DNA of 64,000 nt from Eledone cirrhosa (lineage: Eukaryota): contig OZ024741.1 in NCBI GenBank assembly GCA_964016885.1, positions 337,342,001-337,406,000 on the forward strand. The letters run 5' to 3'. The notes under the pieces were generated by a model. It was not told where the DNA came from. It saw only the letters and a list, made by a program, of their open reading frames with translations, and ran no database searches. Positions 38,531-52,420 of the stretch are shown one piece after another (the stretch's first letter is position 1; the number at the start of each line of letters is the position of its first letter). The translations under genes were made by a program, and so were the position numbers.

Positions 38531-39369
38531 GAGTATTTATCTGTGAGATTTATTAGATTCTACACCTATACTTTAAATATTCACTTAATTATTTTGTAAA
38601 AAAGTGGAATAATGAAACAGTGAGTTATAATGAGCTCATTAAATCTTAATTAGACATTAAATAACCAATATCATTTATGTAGCATCATTGAAAACAAAAC
38701 ATAATAAAAACAAAAAGAAGTTACTAATAATTTTTGTTTTGTTCTTTTCTTTGAGGGTTTTTTGTTTTTGTTTTTGAACAATTCATCATCACTGTAATAT
38801 TATGTTACCACAGCGAAGGCATCATAGTATGAAAGGAAAATGGATGATTTTTACAGCACACAATGCATAAATATGACACATAAAATTGTCATTGATATAT
38901 TGTAGAACCCAGTAGAGGTCAAGTTTTAGGAAGCCATAGAAAATAATTTATAATACTGCTTGTTTCATTCAACTACAGTAAAGTAGAAAGTAAGCATTCA
39001 ATGAGTTAAGTCTACCACCTTGTTGCAGTTTCTTTAGAATTATCGGTAAACAGTTTGTTTTTGTGTGTGTGTGGGGGGGGGGTTCAGCCTGTGGTGTTGG
39101 AGACGTTTTGGGGAGAGCTGGGCAGCTGACAACGAAGTTCTTGTCATTGTTGGTGGCTAACCTTACTGATGTAACCGGTGATGAAAGAGAGAGCAAGAGA
39201 AGGGGTGAAGAGATAGTAATACTGAAAATGTTTGTTCAGCCTACACTGTACAAAATGTATTGTTTATTCTCAAATTATAAATGTGTTATCTATTCCATTT
39301 TGGTAGTTTTAGTCATTTACTAAATTTATTAGATTTATCTGTAATTTATATATATATATATATATATAT

Positions 39370-39704
39370 GGAGGCACATGGCTTAGTGTTTAGAGCATTG
39401 GCCTTGCAATCGAAAGGTTGTGAGTTCAATTCTCAGACTGGGTGATGTGTTGTTTCCTTGAGCAAGGCACTTTATTTCACATTGCTCCAGTTTACTCAGC
39501 TGTAGAAATGAGATGATAGGGACTGAGGTCCATATCATTCCACTGCAAAGTGGACGTGGAGGTGCCACGGCCAAAAAGCACCCAGCACTCACTGTAAATG
39601 AGGTTGGTGTTAGGAATGGCATCCAGCTGTAGAAATCAAGCCAGAATCCATTCCCGTCCCACCCTTGCAAGCAGGGAAAAGCGGACGTAAAATGAAATGA
39701 TGAT
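39370..39704 (+). mobile_element. Full-length tRNA-derived CORE-type SINE (family B) with RTE-like tail
   Basis: A-box TGGCTTAGTG, B-box GAGTTCAATTC, CORE-like CCTTGAGCAAGGCACTT, and tail GGAAAAGCGGACGTAAAATGA. Partial copies at ~20820-20930 and ~53015-53130. Confidence 0.85.
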
Positions 39705-40661
39705 ATATATATATTAATCGTTATCATTTTCCTCTGCTTTTCCCTGCTTCCATCATCTTCACATCTGCAGCACTCACTTCCAATACTGATTAGGTCAGCT
39801 TGGTATTAAAATCCATCAACTATTTCTAACAATCCTTCTAGGTAGTTGAAAACATTCACTTTTCTTGGGTATTCTTACTGCTAACTATACATATTACATA
39901 TATAAAATCCTTCTTTTCTGTCAGTTTTCCTGAGCACCTACTGCACCTTTTGTTCATAATTGTTTACATTAGGTAGTCAGTATAGAATGTCAACCTATTT
40001 GACTTTTATGTACTGAAGGTGACCACTTGCCAGAGGATCATGGGGTTCTCTTTGCTATCCTGCTAATAAAAAATAATCTTTTATCTTTGCTAAATTGCTC
40101 TTTGGATCTCTCAATTATACACAGCTGCTTCCGTGTTTAGAACTCTTTCTAAATGGCTTTGTTTATCGGAACTAGGTTGTGTAGTACATACACGCCTGTG
40201 TGTAAGTTTAGACAATTACTTGTATGTTATCACACATAATTGTATTAATTTTGGCAATTATGCCTTACAAAGAAATATATATGAAAATCACCTGATAAGA
40301 TATAATATGTACAAGGTAGAATCTAACTCTGGCTGTAATAGATAGATATATTTATTTATTAGCCACAAGGGCGCACAAGATAAATAGTTAGATAGATAGA
40401 TAGAGAGAGAGGGGGGAGTACTTGCACCTAATGACTACTACAGACAATGGATTTACACGGATGTGATAAAATACATTGATTTATGTCTGAACATGTAATA
40501 ATTGTTGTTGTTGCTGATAAGGTTGTCATTACTGTGTAATAGTTATCTAACATATGATCAAACATACATTACCAAAATTCTATTTTTGTGACAGTGTTCT
40601 GTATAAATATTGGATGCCTCAAAATTTGAACTCATTGTAATAGAAACACAAACGTTTTAAC

Positions 40662-41441
40662 ATGGAGTGTGTATCAAACCTTCCTGCTTATTACAAATAT
40701 GATATGTCACATAAGAGAAGAGGTTTTGCTCTCATTATAAACAATGAAGTTTTTTGTGATCTCCCCAGACGGGATGGTTCTTCTGTTGATGCACAAGAAA
40801 TGAAAATAGCATTAGAACAACTAGACTTTGAAGTTATCATAAATGATAACCAGACAGCAATGGAAATGAAAGGCTTGCTTGAAGATATGGCTTCTAGAGA
40901 CCACACAGACAATGATTGTTTCCTATTAGTTATCCTTTCACATGGAGATAAAGAAGATATTATCTACAGTGCAGATGCCATCGCTCTCTCATTGGAAGAA
41001 ATTATAACACCATTATTATCAAAGAAGTGTAAAAGTTTAACAAACAAACCAAAGCTAATATTTGTGTCAGCCTGCCGAGGAGCGAACTTAGATAAAGGAG
41101 TTGATGTATGTGATTCAGTGACTGAAACCAATGATTGTACCACACATTGTCGTAAAGTTCCTCTGTGGGCTGATGTTCTTATTGGCTTTGGAACAATGTC
41201 TGGTTTTTATTCCTGGCGAACACCTGCACAAGGGACTTGGTTTATCCAAGCATTAAGTGCCGTTTTCACGAACTATGGAAACTGGATGGAGTTACATTCA
41301 ATGTTAACCCTGGTGAATAATAAAGTGGCTTATAACTTTGAATCTTTGACATCAGATCCAGACTGGAATGGAATGAAACAGATACCATGTATATCTTCAA
41401 TGTTAACAAAACAAGTCTATTTTACACCAAAACAAAATTAG
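40662..41441 (+). CDS. Caspase-3/7-like cysteine protease (peptidase C14A), single coding exon, very short prodomain
   Basis: Intact 259-aa ORF with YDMSHKRRGFALIINN, RDGSSVDA, catalytic ILSHG and FVSACRG, KPKLIF, GFYSWR, GTWFIQ and QIPCISSMLTKQVYF. Confidence 0.92.
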   Translation: MECVSNLPAYYKYDMSHKRRGFALIINNEVFCDLPRRDGSSVDAQEMKIALEQLDFEVIINDNQTAMEMKGLLEDMASRDHTDNDCFLLVILSHGDKEDIIYSADAIALSLEEIITPLLSKKCKSLTNKPKLIFVSACRGANLDKGVDVCDSVTETNDCTTHCRKVPLWADVLIGFGTMSGFYSWRTPAQGTWFIQALSAVFTNYGNWMELHSMLTLVNNKVAYNFESLTSDPDWNGMKQIPCISSMLTKQVYFTPKQN

Positions 41442-41521
41442 GAACTGTTGCCTGTCAAATCCCTTTATATATACAAGGAATACAGGATAAAATTGAACAT
41501 CTAAATATGCTGTTTCATTTA

Positions 41522-41777
41522 TCATATATACTCAAATATAAGCTGACCCCACTATTTTATGTCTGAAAAATTGGCAAAAATTCAAAACCTTATTTACATA
41601 GAATTTGAAGTTGGTGAAAATCATCAAACTATTGACCCCGAATATAAGATGAGCCCACAATTTTATTTATGTAGAATTTGAAGTTGGTGAAAATCATCAA
41701 AATATTGACCCTTATATAAGTCACTATCATTTACTTTTTGGTCATATATTCCTTGGCTTATATTTGAATATATATGG
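41522..41777. mobile_element. Tc1/pogo-type MITE downstream of the caspase stop
   Basis: TA|TCATATATACTCAAATATAAGC...GCTTATATTTGAATATATATGG|TA TIRs and an internal ~45-bp duplication. Confidence 0.75.
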
Positions 41778-44584
41778 TAAATATATGATGAGACTGTTAC
41801 ATTTTCCTGTCATATTTTGCGTACATATAAAAATCTAAACTGTTATATTATATATATATGTGCATGTCTGTACATGCAAAGGTAGACACAGACACACACA
41901 CAGACACACACATACACACACACACGCACACACACACACACTTGCATATATGGCTGATTAGTGTCAGCTATTGTATTTACCAACATATTGTAGAAAACAT
42001 TATTTTGTTAAAATATCCTCTTTTGGTATCAGTACCATATTTCTATCTTTTCTGATAATTAAATATCCACATACATAATTTTTGATTTGATAAGAAAAAA
42101 AACAAACTTTATTTTTATAATGTTCTGATTTAATAATATTTATGTATTTTGCTACTCAACTTAGCTATCCCTGTTCCTGTATACATACAAATATACCACT
42201 TTGAATACTTACAATTTTTTTATTATTTAACATTAACTATGCATATGCCTACATGTATATAATCATCATCATCATCATTATTATCATCATTGTTTAATAT
42301 TCATTTTTCCACACTAACATACAACACTGATTTGGGTTTGGTTTCTATGGCTGGATGCTCTTCCTAACACCAACCACATTTACAGTGTGTGCTGGTTGCT
42401 TTTTGTCATGACACCTACATAACCACTTTACAGTGTGGACTGGGTGCTTTATATATATATATAATTATATATATACCATTATCATCGTCATCACCATTTT
42501 AGGTATTTTCTAGCACAGCGCCCCTTCATTCATTATGGGCCTTCATCATTTCCTCAGCAATTTGAAATTAATCTTTAGCACGCTGTCTTTTTAATGAATT
42601 TCTTCCCTTAACACTGCATTATGTATTAAGGGGATATCACTCTAATGGCAACATAAGTTGCCTACAGTGCCCAGAAGGTTAATTCTCACCACTTCCCTCA
42701 GCTGTAGTTTCCTTCTACAGGTATTTCTTGACACTTCTTCACCAAGCGGTCATTATGCATATATATATCACATATTCACATCAGCACATTACTTTCTCTA
42801 GAATATTACATCTAATTCCTCTTATGCCCAGTTTTTCTCTCAGTTCATTCATCATTCATACACGTTAGCAGTGTACATCCATCAAAACATGTACTTTTCA
42901 TTTCTCTCCACCCTTTGCATTCACTGCCCATGTTTCATTACCATGCATTTGTTCAGTCTTGGTTACCCAGTCTGTATGTATACAGATATAATTTTATATA
43001 TATGTGTATATTTATATATAGGTGGATTCCTGATGTATATCAAGAGGTGGCCACAGTTAAAAATGGTACTCAATACATTAGTAGAGTATAGGCATATTTA
43101 TTTTATTATAGAAATGCCTTCTACAGGACTTTCCATATGATTTCATACATATGAAATAGTTCTAGTCCTGTAGAAGTCATTTCTATAATAAAATGAATAT
43201 GCCTATACTCTGCTAACATATTGAGTGCCTTTTATAACAGTGGTCATCTAACAATTTACATTGGCAATCTACATATTATATGTATATATTATATATATAT
43301 ATAATACTAGCTGAGTTTCACGGGTCATTATATCCATTTCATAAATATAAAAACTACAGAAAATCTATCAATGTAAAGTAATGAAAGAAACAAAAAGAAT
43401 AGTTAAACTTTAAAATTCATGAACATTTTCTCTCTACTTATATACATAAATAAAGAAATCAATACTCTGACTTATGATTGATTATTTGCCTTAGTTATAT
43501 CATTTTGTTTTTAAAAAATAAAAAAAATTATTTATTATTAAAATCCATCTTTTCTTGTTTTGTTCATAAATTAATGAATTAATGTTAAAACATAAACAAA
43601 TATTTCATCCTTTCTTAGATTACAATTTGTGTGACGTATTTCTCTATAATATTATATATGCATTTTATTCTGATTGTATGGTATGGATCCATAACCCTTG
43701 ATGAAGTTGTAGGGATGCCATATTGACATACTGCATTTCTAGGTCATTTTGAAACCTGGCAGAGCCGATTCCCTCTCTAGGTCTGAACTCAGCAGATTTC
43801 TTCCAGAGAAAAAGAGAGAATGAGAAAATGGAAATGAAGAAGAGATATAGAGGCAGAATCGACCCCAAAACTAGACTGGTACTTTTTTATCGACCTCAAA
43901 AGGATGAAAGGCAAAGTTAACCGCAGTTATTCTTGTGTATTGACATGAATATACTTGAACTTAATAAATCATCACTGCAACCACAGTCAAATATTCCTGT
44001 CAAAGTCTCCCCACAATTCACAATTTTCCATTACTCTTGGCAACTGCTCCTTACTCAGTATCATTTGAGAGTTGATCGTTGAATATTCGAGCAGAGCAGA
44101 TCTTCCTCTACTGCGTCTCCCATGAGCTGGTTCCTACAATTGTAGCTTGTGTGTAACTTCCTTTTTACTTCTCCAGCAATTTCCTGTAAATCGTAACTGT
44201 CATTGAGCAACCGTAGTTGTTATCTTGGGCAAGTTAACATATAAACTCTCATTAGCGCCAGTTTATGCTTTGTACAATCCTAAGCACTCTAGTGTATGCC
44301 CCATCTAGTTTCTTCTCAAGTGGTTGTGTCAGGATTCATGTACTTGATCCATACAACAACACTGACTCAACAGGTGTTCTGAAGAAAGATATTAATAAAT
44401 AACATGAGAAAACGTTTATTGAATGTAAACAGGAGAGAGTTAGAATGATTATCATCAATTACACAAGACACAGTTTAATGTCAGGTAAAATTATAGCCTT
44501 GTATCTTTTATCAATAATGGATTTAAACAATTATTAAGGATCTCAGAGCCATGTATCCTTTGTCATGAATAATGAGTTATATCT

Positions 44585-44950
44585 GTGTTGTAGCACCCAG
44601 TACATGTTGTAAAGTGGTTGGTGCTAAGGAGAGTATCCAGCCATAAAAACTATGATACCAGTACACGTTGTAAATGGTTGGTGTTAGGGTAGGCATCCAG
44701 CCATAAAAACCATGACACCAATACAGGCTGTAAGTGGTTGGTGTAAGGGAGAGAATCCAGCCACTGAAATCCTGATGCCCAATCCACTCTATAAGGTGGT
44801 TGGTGTTAGGAACGTCTTCCAGAAATAAAAATTATGCTCTCAGTACACTGCTTGATGTGTGCAAGCAGGACATGGTCCCCTGACTGGTATGGTATGGTCA
44901 CCATGACAAAACATCTGGCCCATGCATGCATGGAAATAAATATTAAACAA
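44585..44950 (+). mobile_element. SINE family B 3' half with a tandemly amplified ~60-bp internal unit
   Basis: GTGGTTGGTGTTAGG...ATCCAGCC-like unit repeated four times, then a degenerate tail. Confidence 0.65.
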
Positions 44951-45049
44951 TGTTGTTGGGGAAAGGTGTGTTAGAAATAACAGTAGTACACTTAGCAACA
45001 CTGATGTTCAAACAAAAGAAGCTTGGAAATGCTATTATGCAAGGTTCAT

Positions 45050-45910
45050 GAATGTGAAGAACGAGTGGGAGAGAGATGTTACCCCCAATTGACCCAACAA
45101 AGGGGCCCTCTATTGAAATTGTCAGTTATAGGGTCAAAGAAACAATCAAAGAGATGAAAAATGGTAATCTACCCCACCAGTCCATCAGAAATAGTTACTG
45201 AGATGCTGAAATCTTCTGGGGAAATAGGGGTCGAACTACTCTCCCACATAACCAATCAGGGTTCATACACAATGACAGGTATAGTAGGATACTCGTTGCT
45301 ATGAGGGAGCAAGTTATGAACCAAGTTGGAGTATGACAGAAAGAGTTTTAGCACAACTAATTAGGGAATGATTCAAATTAAATGAGATGGAATTTGGTTT
45401 TGCACTAAGGAGGAGCACTGCAAATGCTTTCTTCTTAGTTAGACAACTACAAGAGAAGTTCCTAGCTAAGTATAAGCCTCTATATCTAGCTTTCATTTAT
45501 TTGGGGAAGGCCTCTGATAAAGTATTACGATCTATCATCTGATGGTCCTTAAGGAAACTGCCTGTGAAAGCAGAGCAAGACATGTATAGAGGAGCTGTCA
45601 GTAAGATGAAAGTGGGTAATAAGTTTAGTAAGGAATTCAATCTGCAAGTAGGTGCTCAGAGCTCAGTCCTCAGCCCACTTATGTTTATAATGTTTCTCCA
45701 AACAATAATGGAGGAGTTTAAGATTGGGTGTCCATGGGAATTTCTGTATGCTGATGACCTGGTTCTTATAACAAAATCTGGAGGAACTAGAGAAGAAATT
45801 CTGGCTTTGAAAACAGAATTTAAAAGTCAAAAGGGCTTAGAACAAATATAGAGGGAAATGAAAGTTTTACTGAGTAGGAAAGAAGACAGGACACTGATCC
45901 CTTCAGGGAA
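45050..45910 (+). mobile_element. RTE reverse transcriptase fragment
   Basis: SVLSPLMFIMF...CPWEFLYADDLVL, with upstream RSTANAFFLVRQLQEK. Confidence 0.85.
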
Positions 45911-47866
45911 GTAATCTTGCTTGTCATTTTGTCATTTGTCTACTTTGTCATTTTGTCTGTGAGCTTCAACAATTTAAGGTCAGTTCTCACAACCTCTGCC
46001 CATGTCTTGTTTGGTCTCCCTCAACTGCTGCTTCTTTCTTGAGATTTCTTGGCACTTCTTCACCCAAATATCATCATCTGTATGTATCATAGTGCAGTCT
46101 TTTCTCTTGAACACAACATCTGACTCCTCTTATACCTAACTTTTATACTCATTTCAGCCATCCCTTGTCATTCCCATATATTAACATTGCCAATCTACAG
46201 ACCTTTCAAAATCCTGAATGTTAATGGCTGGAACGGTTTCCTTCTTCACCCTCTCTTTCTCTCTTGAGAAGGTATTTTAAAATTAATATAAAAAAAAAGG
46301 TTGAAGCTATGGCCAAAAGGAAAAATATTCTAGTTCTTCAGTTCCCTCAATCTCTGTCCATTATTTTTACAACCTCTTCTTCCACTTTCACAAAGATGCC
46401 CAGTCCAACACCATCCAACCTCTCATTCATATCCATTACAGTAGACTACTCAAATATAAGCTCCCATTCATTTGCTTCTCTTTCACCACCTTATCCACCA
46501 CATTGTCCATCTCAATCTTCACTATCTCCTTGCCTCATCCTTCAGCCATCACTACCACCACCAACTCCACTGCCACCACCACATCCTCATCCTATGCCTC
46601 TTCCACAATCACCTCCACTTCCTTTATCTCTTCCAGCTTTTTATCCACCAGTACCTCTCTTCCCTACCTCACCCACCATCTTCTCCATTTCCACCACCAC
46701 CACCACCATCATCATCACCACTACCTCTACTATCTCTCCTTCACCTCTACTACTTTTAGCTCCCCCTCCACCCCTATCCTCACCATCACCACCTCCACTA
46801 TCTCCCCTCCTCCACCAACACCCTTCTCCTTTCCCTTTTTCCATCTCTGCCAATTCCTTATCCACTGCTACCCCTGCCTCACAATCGCCTTTTCCACCAC
46901 CACCACCATTACCCCTCCAACCTCCCCACCACCTCCTTCATCTCTCCCCCTATACCACTCCACCCTCCCTTCTGGCCAGTCTTTAGCTATGTTGACAATG
47001 TCTATTGATCTGATCTGCTGGTCAGTTTAATATCTGTGCTTACTTCACAGCTAGCTAGTCTAACATAGGAGAAGGAGAGGGAGGGGAGGGAGATAGAGAT
47101 GGAGGGAGAGAGAGAGTAAGAGAGTCTAACATAGGAAAGAGAGAATGAGGGGAGAGGGAGAGAGAGAATGGAGAGTCTAACATAGGATAGAGTCTGAGAT
47201 AGATTGATAAGGAGGGAGAGAGAGAGGGAGGGCGAGAAAGCAAGAAAGTCTAACATAGGGGATTGAGAATGAGAGAGAGAGAGAGTGAAGATATAACATA
47301 TCCTGCACCTTAATTAATTTTTCCCTTAGAGCTTTGACCAACAAACATAGCCAGACATTCACTCCTAACAGAAACACAGACAGAATTATGATGAAAGGGG
47401 TTCCAGTCGTGACCATCCTGCCAGTTAAGGTTGGTGTTTAATACTTATAAACACTGATCTAACAGACAGACATATGAAAGGCAGTTCAAGCCGTGACCAT
47501 ACTGCCAGTTCTTATTGAGACTACATTTTTCAATGTGTCATTGAACATTTTAATTTTTTAAAGACAGCTGGTGATTTGAAGGAGACTTGGCTGTAATAGG
47601 TCTGGAAGCCATGAAGAGGCTACCAAAGGTATTCTAGCCATGACTATCCTGTCTTTATCAACAAGACTACATTGTCTAACATATCATAGTTTATTTTTAT
47701 TGTATGAGAAGATAGAGTGTGATTTGAAAGAGATTTGGTTGCTATTCCTAGTAGGTCAAGAAGCCATGAAGAGGTTCCCTTAGAGAAAGAAAAGAAAAAA
47801 ATCAATACAGTTCTGATTAATTTCTTATAAGTCCTTCTGACTAAAGGCTTTTCTCTCTTACGCACA

Positions 47867-47899
<33 letters not shown>

Positions 47900-48362
47900 A
47901 CACAGAGGAATCTGTAAATTTATACACACATACACACATACACTCTCACATATATATTGCTACGACCAAAAATGCCCAGTCCACACTTTAAAGTGGTCAT
48001 GCTGGTAACACAATAAAAAGCACTCAGTCCACACTGTAAAGTGGTCATGCTGGTGACACAATAAAAAGTGCTCAGTCCACACTGTAAAGTGGTCATTTTA
48101 GTGCCATGATAAAAAACACCCAGTCCACGCTGTAAATGTGGTTGATGTTAGGAAGGGCATCCAGCCATAAAAACCAAGCCAGAAACAGTTCTGTATGAGC
48201 AAGACACAGTCGTTTGAACTGACTTGACTCACAACGGGACAACTTGTCTAACCCATCCTAGAGCGGAAAAAATGAATGTTAAACTGATGATATATAAAAT
48301 AATGACATGATGCTGAATGAAAATAAAAGTAATATATATAAACATACACATACCAACCATAA

Positions 48363-49234
48363 TTAAATATGGAATGATACGCGATGGGGCCCCCCAACAG
48401 CCCCGGCGGTCAGAATGGAGAAAGCGTTTCTCCGGAGGACAGCAAGGGAGACGCGCTGGAAAAGCCACTCCAACTCTCGAGGCTCACACCTGCGGCTGGC
48501 CAGCTCAGCGCCTATGGTGGTGAGTAGGGAGGTAGCCCCGGGGCTGAGGACACCGGAAGTCTCCACTGCCAGGAGTACGACCGCAAACCTGTCAAAGAGC
48601 GACCGGTATTTGAGGAGTTTGGCCCCCTCAGCCCGGCGTGCAGCAGAACCTGAGTCAGTCGCAGACTGCACCAGGTTGTGGCTGCAGGAAGTGTCAGTGC
48701 AAGTGGCATCCCAGACGAGTGGTTTGCCACCGCGGTACGGGCTCACTTGGCTTTGCCGACGTATCTTTCGTCGGTAACCTCGTGTGGCGTCCTCGTCAGC
48801 AGGGTTCTTCTAAACACAACAGAACCCTCTATGTTCAGAGAACGTGAGGCCGCCTGTGAGACGTGGGACCGGCTGGGACTCAGCCCAGTAGACATCCCTC
48901 CTCCTTCTCCCCCTGTTGACGTCAAGTCCCCCCCAAAGCACTTGGGATGCCATCCAGTGCAGCCTGACCTCAGACAGACTCACACGCCAGCTCGACCAGC
49001 ACCACCTTGCCTGTTTTCATGCGGCCTCCAAACCCGACAGTGGTGCCTGGCTCCATGCCCTGCCCTCCTTCTCCACTGGCATGCATGGCATTTCCTAGAG
49101 TCTCAGCCTCCGGATCTGCCAGCCACACCAATGTTGCTGCGAATCCACCGTAAACTCTTTCGCCTCCAGTCACTTTCCTGTCGCCACAGTGCTGGCCGCC
49201 TTCCATGCCATGCTGCCCTCAACGAGGTCATAAA
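48363..49234. mobile_element. CRE-like restriction-like-endonuclease non-LTR retrotransposon fragment with 5' inversion
   Basis: GC-rich island. Minus 48363-48746 reads WDATCTDT...AEGAKLLKY...AVETSG...FQRVSLAVLRRNA. Plus 48747-49234 reads SGAWLHALPS...SCRHSAGRLPCHAALNEVIK. Confidence 0.75.
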
Positions 49235-50209
49235 ATAATTATGTACATACAAAAAAATATATATATATAAATATATAAAAATTATTTAAAAATATTTAAA
49301 AAAGAATATATATATACATGTCTGTTTATATATATATCACCACTGTGGGCAGGGCGCTTTTTATTGTCACCAACACAACCACTGGCACCAGCACTACCAC
49401 TTTACCAAGTGGACAGGGTGTATTTTATCTTGGCACCAACACTATCATTTTACAAAGTGGATTGGGTGTATTTGATTGTGGCACCAGCACTACCACCTTA
49501 CAATGGAATGAGAGTGGAAAAACACATGTATCTTTTTGTCCTCAGCTATTTGCTGTACATGACAATGGTTTTGGTGCATTAAAAATCAAGGATTTTTGCA
49601 CTACAAGACGAGACAACAAGATACATTAAAATATGATATAGTGAACCTTTTTGACCAAATTCATATAAAAATGTAAAAAGTGTACAGACAGTCCAGTATA
49701 CTCTTAACTGAAAATTCATACACATACACAGGTTTATGTCTGTTTTGGAGCTTAGCAAAATAAATCCAAACCCATTCTTTATCGGATGCAATTTATCTGC
49801 TGACAAAAATAATATCAAATTATAAACAATTACAAAGCAACCATATTAAAAGGTACAAAACAGCCATGAGCTAGAGATAGAAAAAAAGGAACATTTAAGA
49901 TAAACTGAAGAATCATGGGTAAATTCTTCATATAATGTGATTTTGAAGAGAAAGAGGGAAAGAGGGGGAGAGAGAGACATTTCATGTTTGCTATATAATA
50001 AATCATTTAAAAAATTTTTAGGAGGGTAAAAAAATAAATAAAAAGTAAAATACTTTTATAAAAGGTCATCTTCTATAAGATACATACTTTGGGATAAAAA
50101 AAAAATCCCTCCCTAAAATCTCAATGTTGTATGAAATGTGTGACAATTATTTCTTGTACAAAATTGTTTTTAAAGGTCATGTTGATGCTGAAAACTAAGA
50201 AAATCTAAA

Positions 50210-50421
50210 GAATATAATTGTTGCTGTTGTTGTTGTTGTTGTTGGTAGTGATGTTGTTACTGTTGTTGTTGGTAATGGTGATGGTGATATTATTATTGGT
50301 GATGGTGGTAGTATTATCACTGCTGTTGTTGTTGGTGGTGGTGGTGGTATTATTATTGTTGATGTTGGTGCTGTTGATGATGGTGATATTATTGTTGCTG
50401 GTGGTGATATTATTATTGTTG

Positions 50422-50479
<58 letters not shown>

Positions 50480-50870
50480 CATCATTATGCTAGTTGAAAA
50501 TTTCATTTCAAATAACAATTTTAAAAAAAATTTTATTTTGTATATATATTTTTTGACCCTTCAACAAACCTCCTGAAGCAACTACTTGTGAAGCATGTTA
50601 AAACATAATTGTTTTACAAGAAAAACAAATACAGCTAAAGAAAGACAAAAAAAATCAACTAAAATTTTAGCTTATTATTGCTTTTTTTCTTTTTCTTTTC
50701 TTTTATTATTTTATGGTTTTATTTAAATCTTCACTTCCTGCTGTTGCTATTGTCAATATTATCATCTTCCTCACAACCATTATTAACATCATTATCATCA
50801 TAATCATCATCACCATAGCCATCATCATCATCATTATGACCACAGCCATTATCACCACTTCCACCACCAC

Positions 50871-50918
<48 letters not shown>

Positions 50919-51141
50919 TATGACCTCCACCACAGCCATTATCATTATCACCACCACCACGATCATCATCATCATCATCATCATTATGACCACCACCACA
51001 GCCATTATCATTATCACCATCACCACCACCACCGCCGCCATCATCATCATCATCATCATTATTATGACCACCACCACAGCCATTATCATTATCACCACCA
51101 CCATCATCATCATCATTATGACCACCAGCACCACCACCATC

Positions 51142-51175
<34 letters not shown>

Positions 51176-52252
51176 TCATTATGACCACCACTACAGCCAT
51201 TATCACCACCACCACCATCATTATCACCATTATTATAATTTTGCTTGTCAACAAGATAATCATGATGATAATGATGACCACCACCATCACCATCGTCGTC
51301 ATCACCACCACAGCTATAACCATCATCGTTATCATTATTATCACCACCATCACCACCACCACCACCACCACCACCACCACTACAGTCATCATCATCATCA
51401 TCATGATCATCAATTATAATTTTGCTTGTCAACAAGATAATCATGACAATGATGATGATCACCACCACCATCATCATCACAACTGCTATCATCATCATCA
51501 TCATTGTTGTCATCCTGTCTGCCTCTTCATCCTCACCACCACCATCACTATTGTCTTTGCCACCACCATCATCATCATCCTCATTGTCATTGGTTATCAT
51601 CTCCCTCACCATCCTCATCATCACCATCGCCACCACCACCATCCTCATCATCACCATCGCCACCACCACCATCCTCAACATCACCATCGCCACCACCACC
51701 ATCCTCAACATCGCCACCGCCACCACCACCATCATCACCATCGCCACCACCACCATCCTCAACATCGCCACCGCCACCACCACCATCCTCAACATCGCCA
51801 CCGCCACCACCACCATCATCAACATCACCATCGCCACCACCACCATCCTCATCATCACCATCGCCACCACCACCATCCTCAACATCGCCACCGCCACCAC
51901 CACCATCCTCATCATCACCATCGCCACCACGACCATCCTCAACATCGCCACCACCACCACCATCATCAACATCACCATCGCCACCACCACTATCACTACC
52001 ACCACCATCACCACCATCATCATTATCACCAGCAACTCCATATTTGTTAACAAATTAAAAAATCATTAAAAAAATAACAACTTCAGCCCAAACACCAATA
52101 ACAGCAGCAGCAGCAGCAAGAATAACAACAACAACTGCAGCAATAACAACACTATCAGCAGCAAAAACAACAATAAAAACACCATCAGCAGCAGTAACAA
52201 CAAAAACTGCAGCAAAAATAACAATAACAACAACAGCAGCAGCAGCAGCAGC

Positions 52253-52322
<70 letters not shown>

Positions 52323-52420
52323 GCAAACAACAACTGCAACAAAAACAACAATAACAATAACAGCAGCAGCAGCAACATTATCACCAACAGAACCAACAAC
52401 AACCACAACAAGAACAATTA
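50210..52420. repeat. Long (GTT/ATT), (CAT/CAC) and (CAA/CAG) trinucleotide arrays
   Basis: Direct reading; includes an internal 27-bp periodicity at ~51600-51990. Confidence 0.92.

Noticed and set aside
39370-39445. tRNA gene
   Set aside because: A/B boxes continue into CORE-like and LINE-tail sequence with no complete cloverleaf; it is a SINE head.
46264-47030. Proline/His-rich extensin-like CDS
   Set aside because: Low-complexity CCA/CT-rich DNA with overlapping ORFs in several frames.
50706-52417. His-rich (beak-protein-like) or acidic 440-aa proteins
   Set aside because: (CAT/CAC)n arrays are stop-free in nearly all frames; no signal peptide or Gly/Ala-His motif structure; such tracts are common throughout the window.
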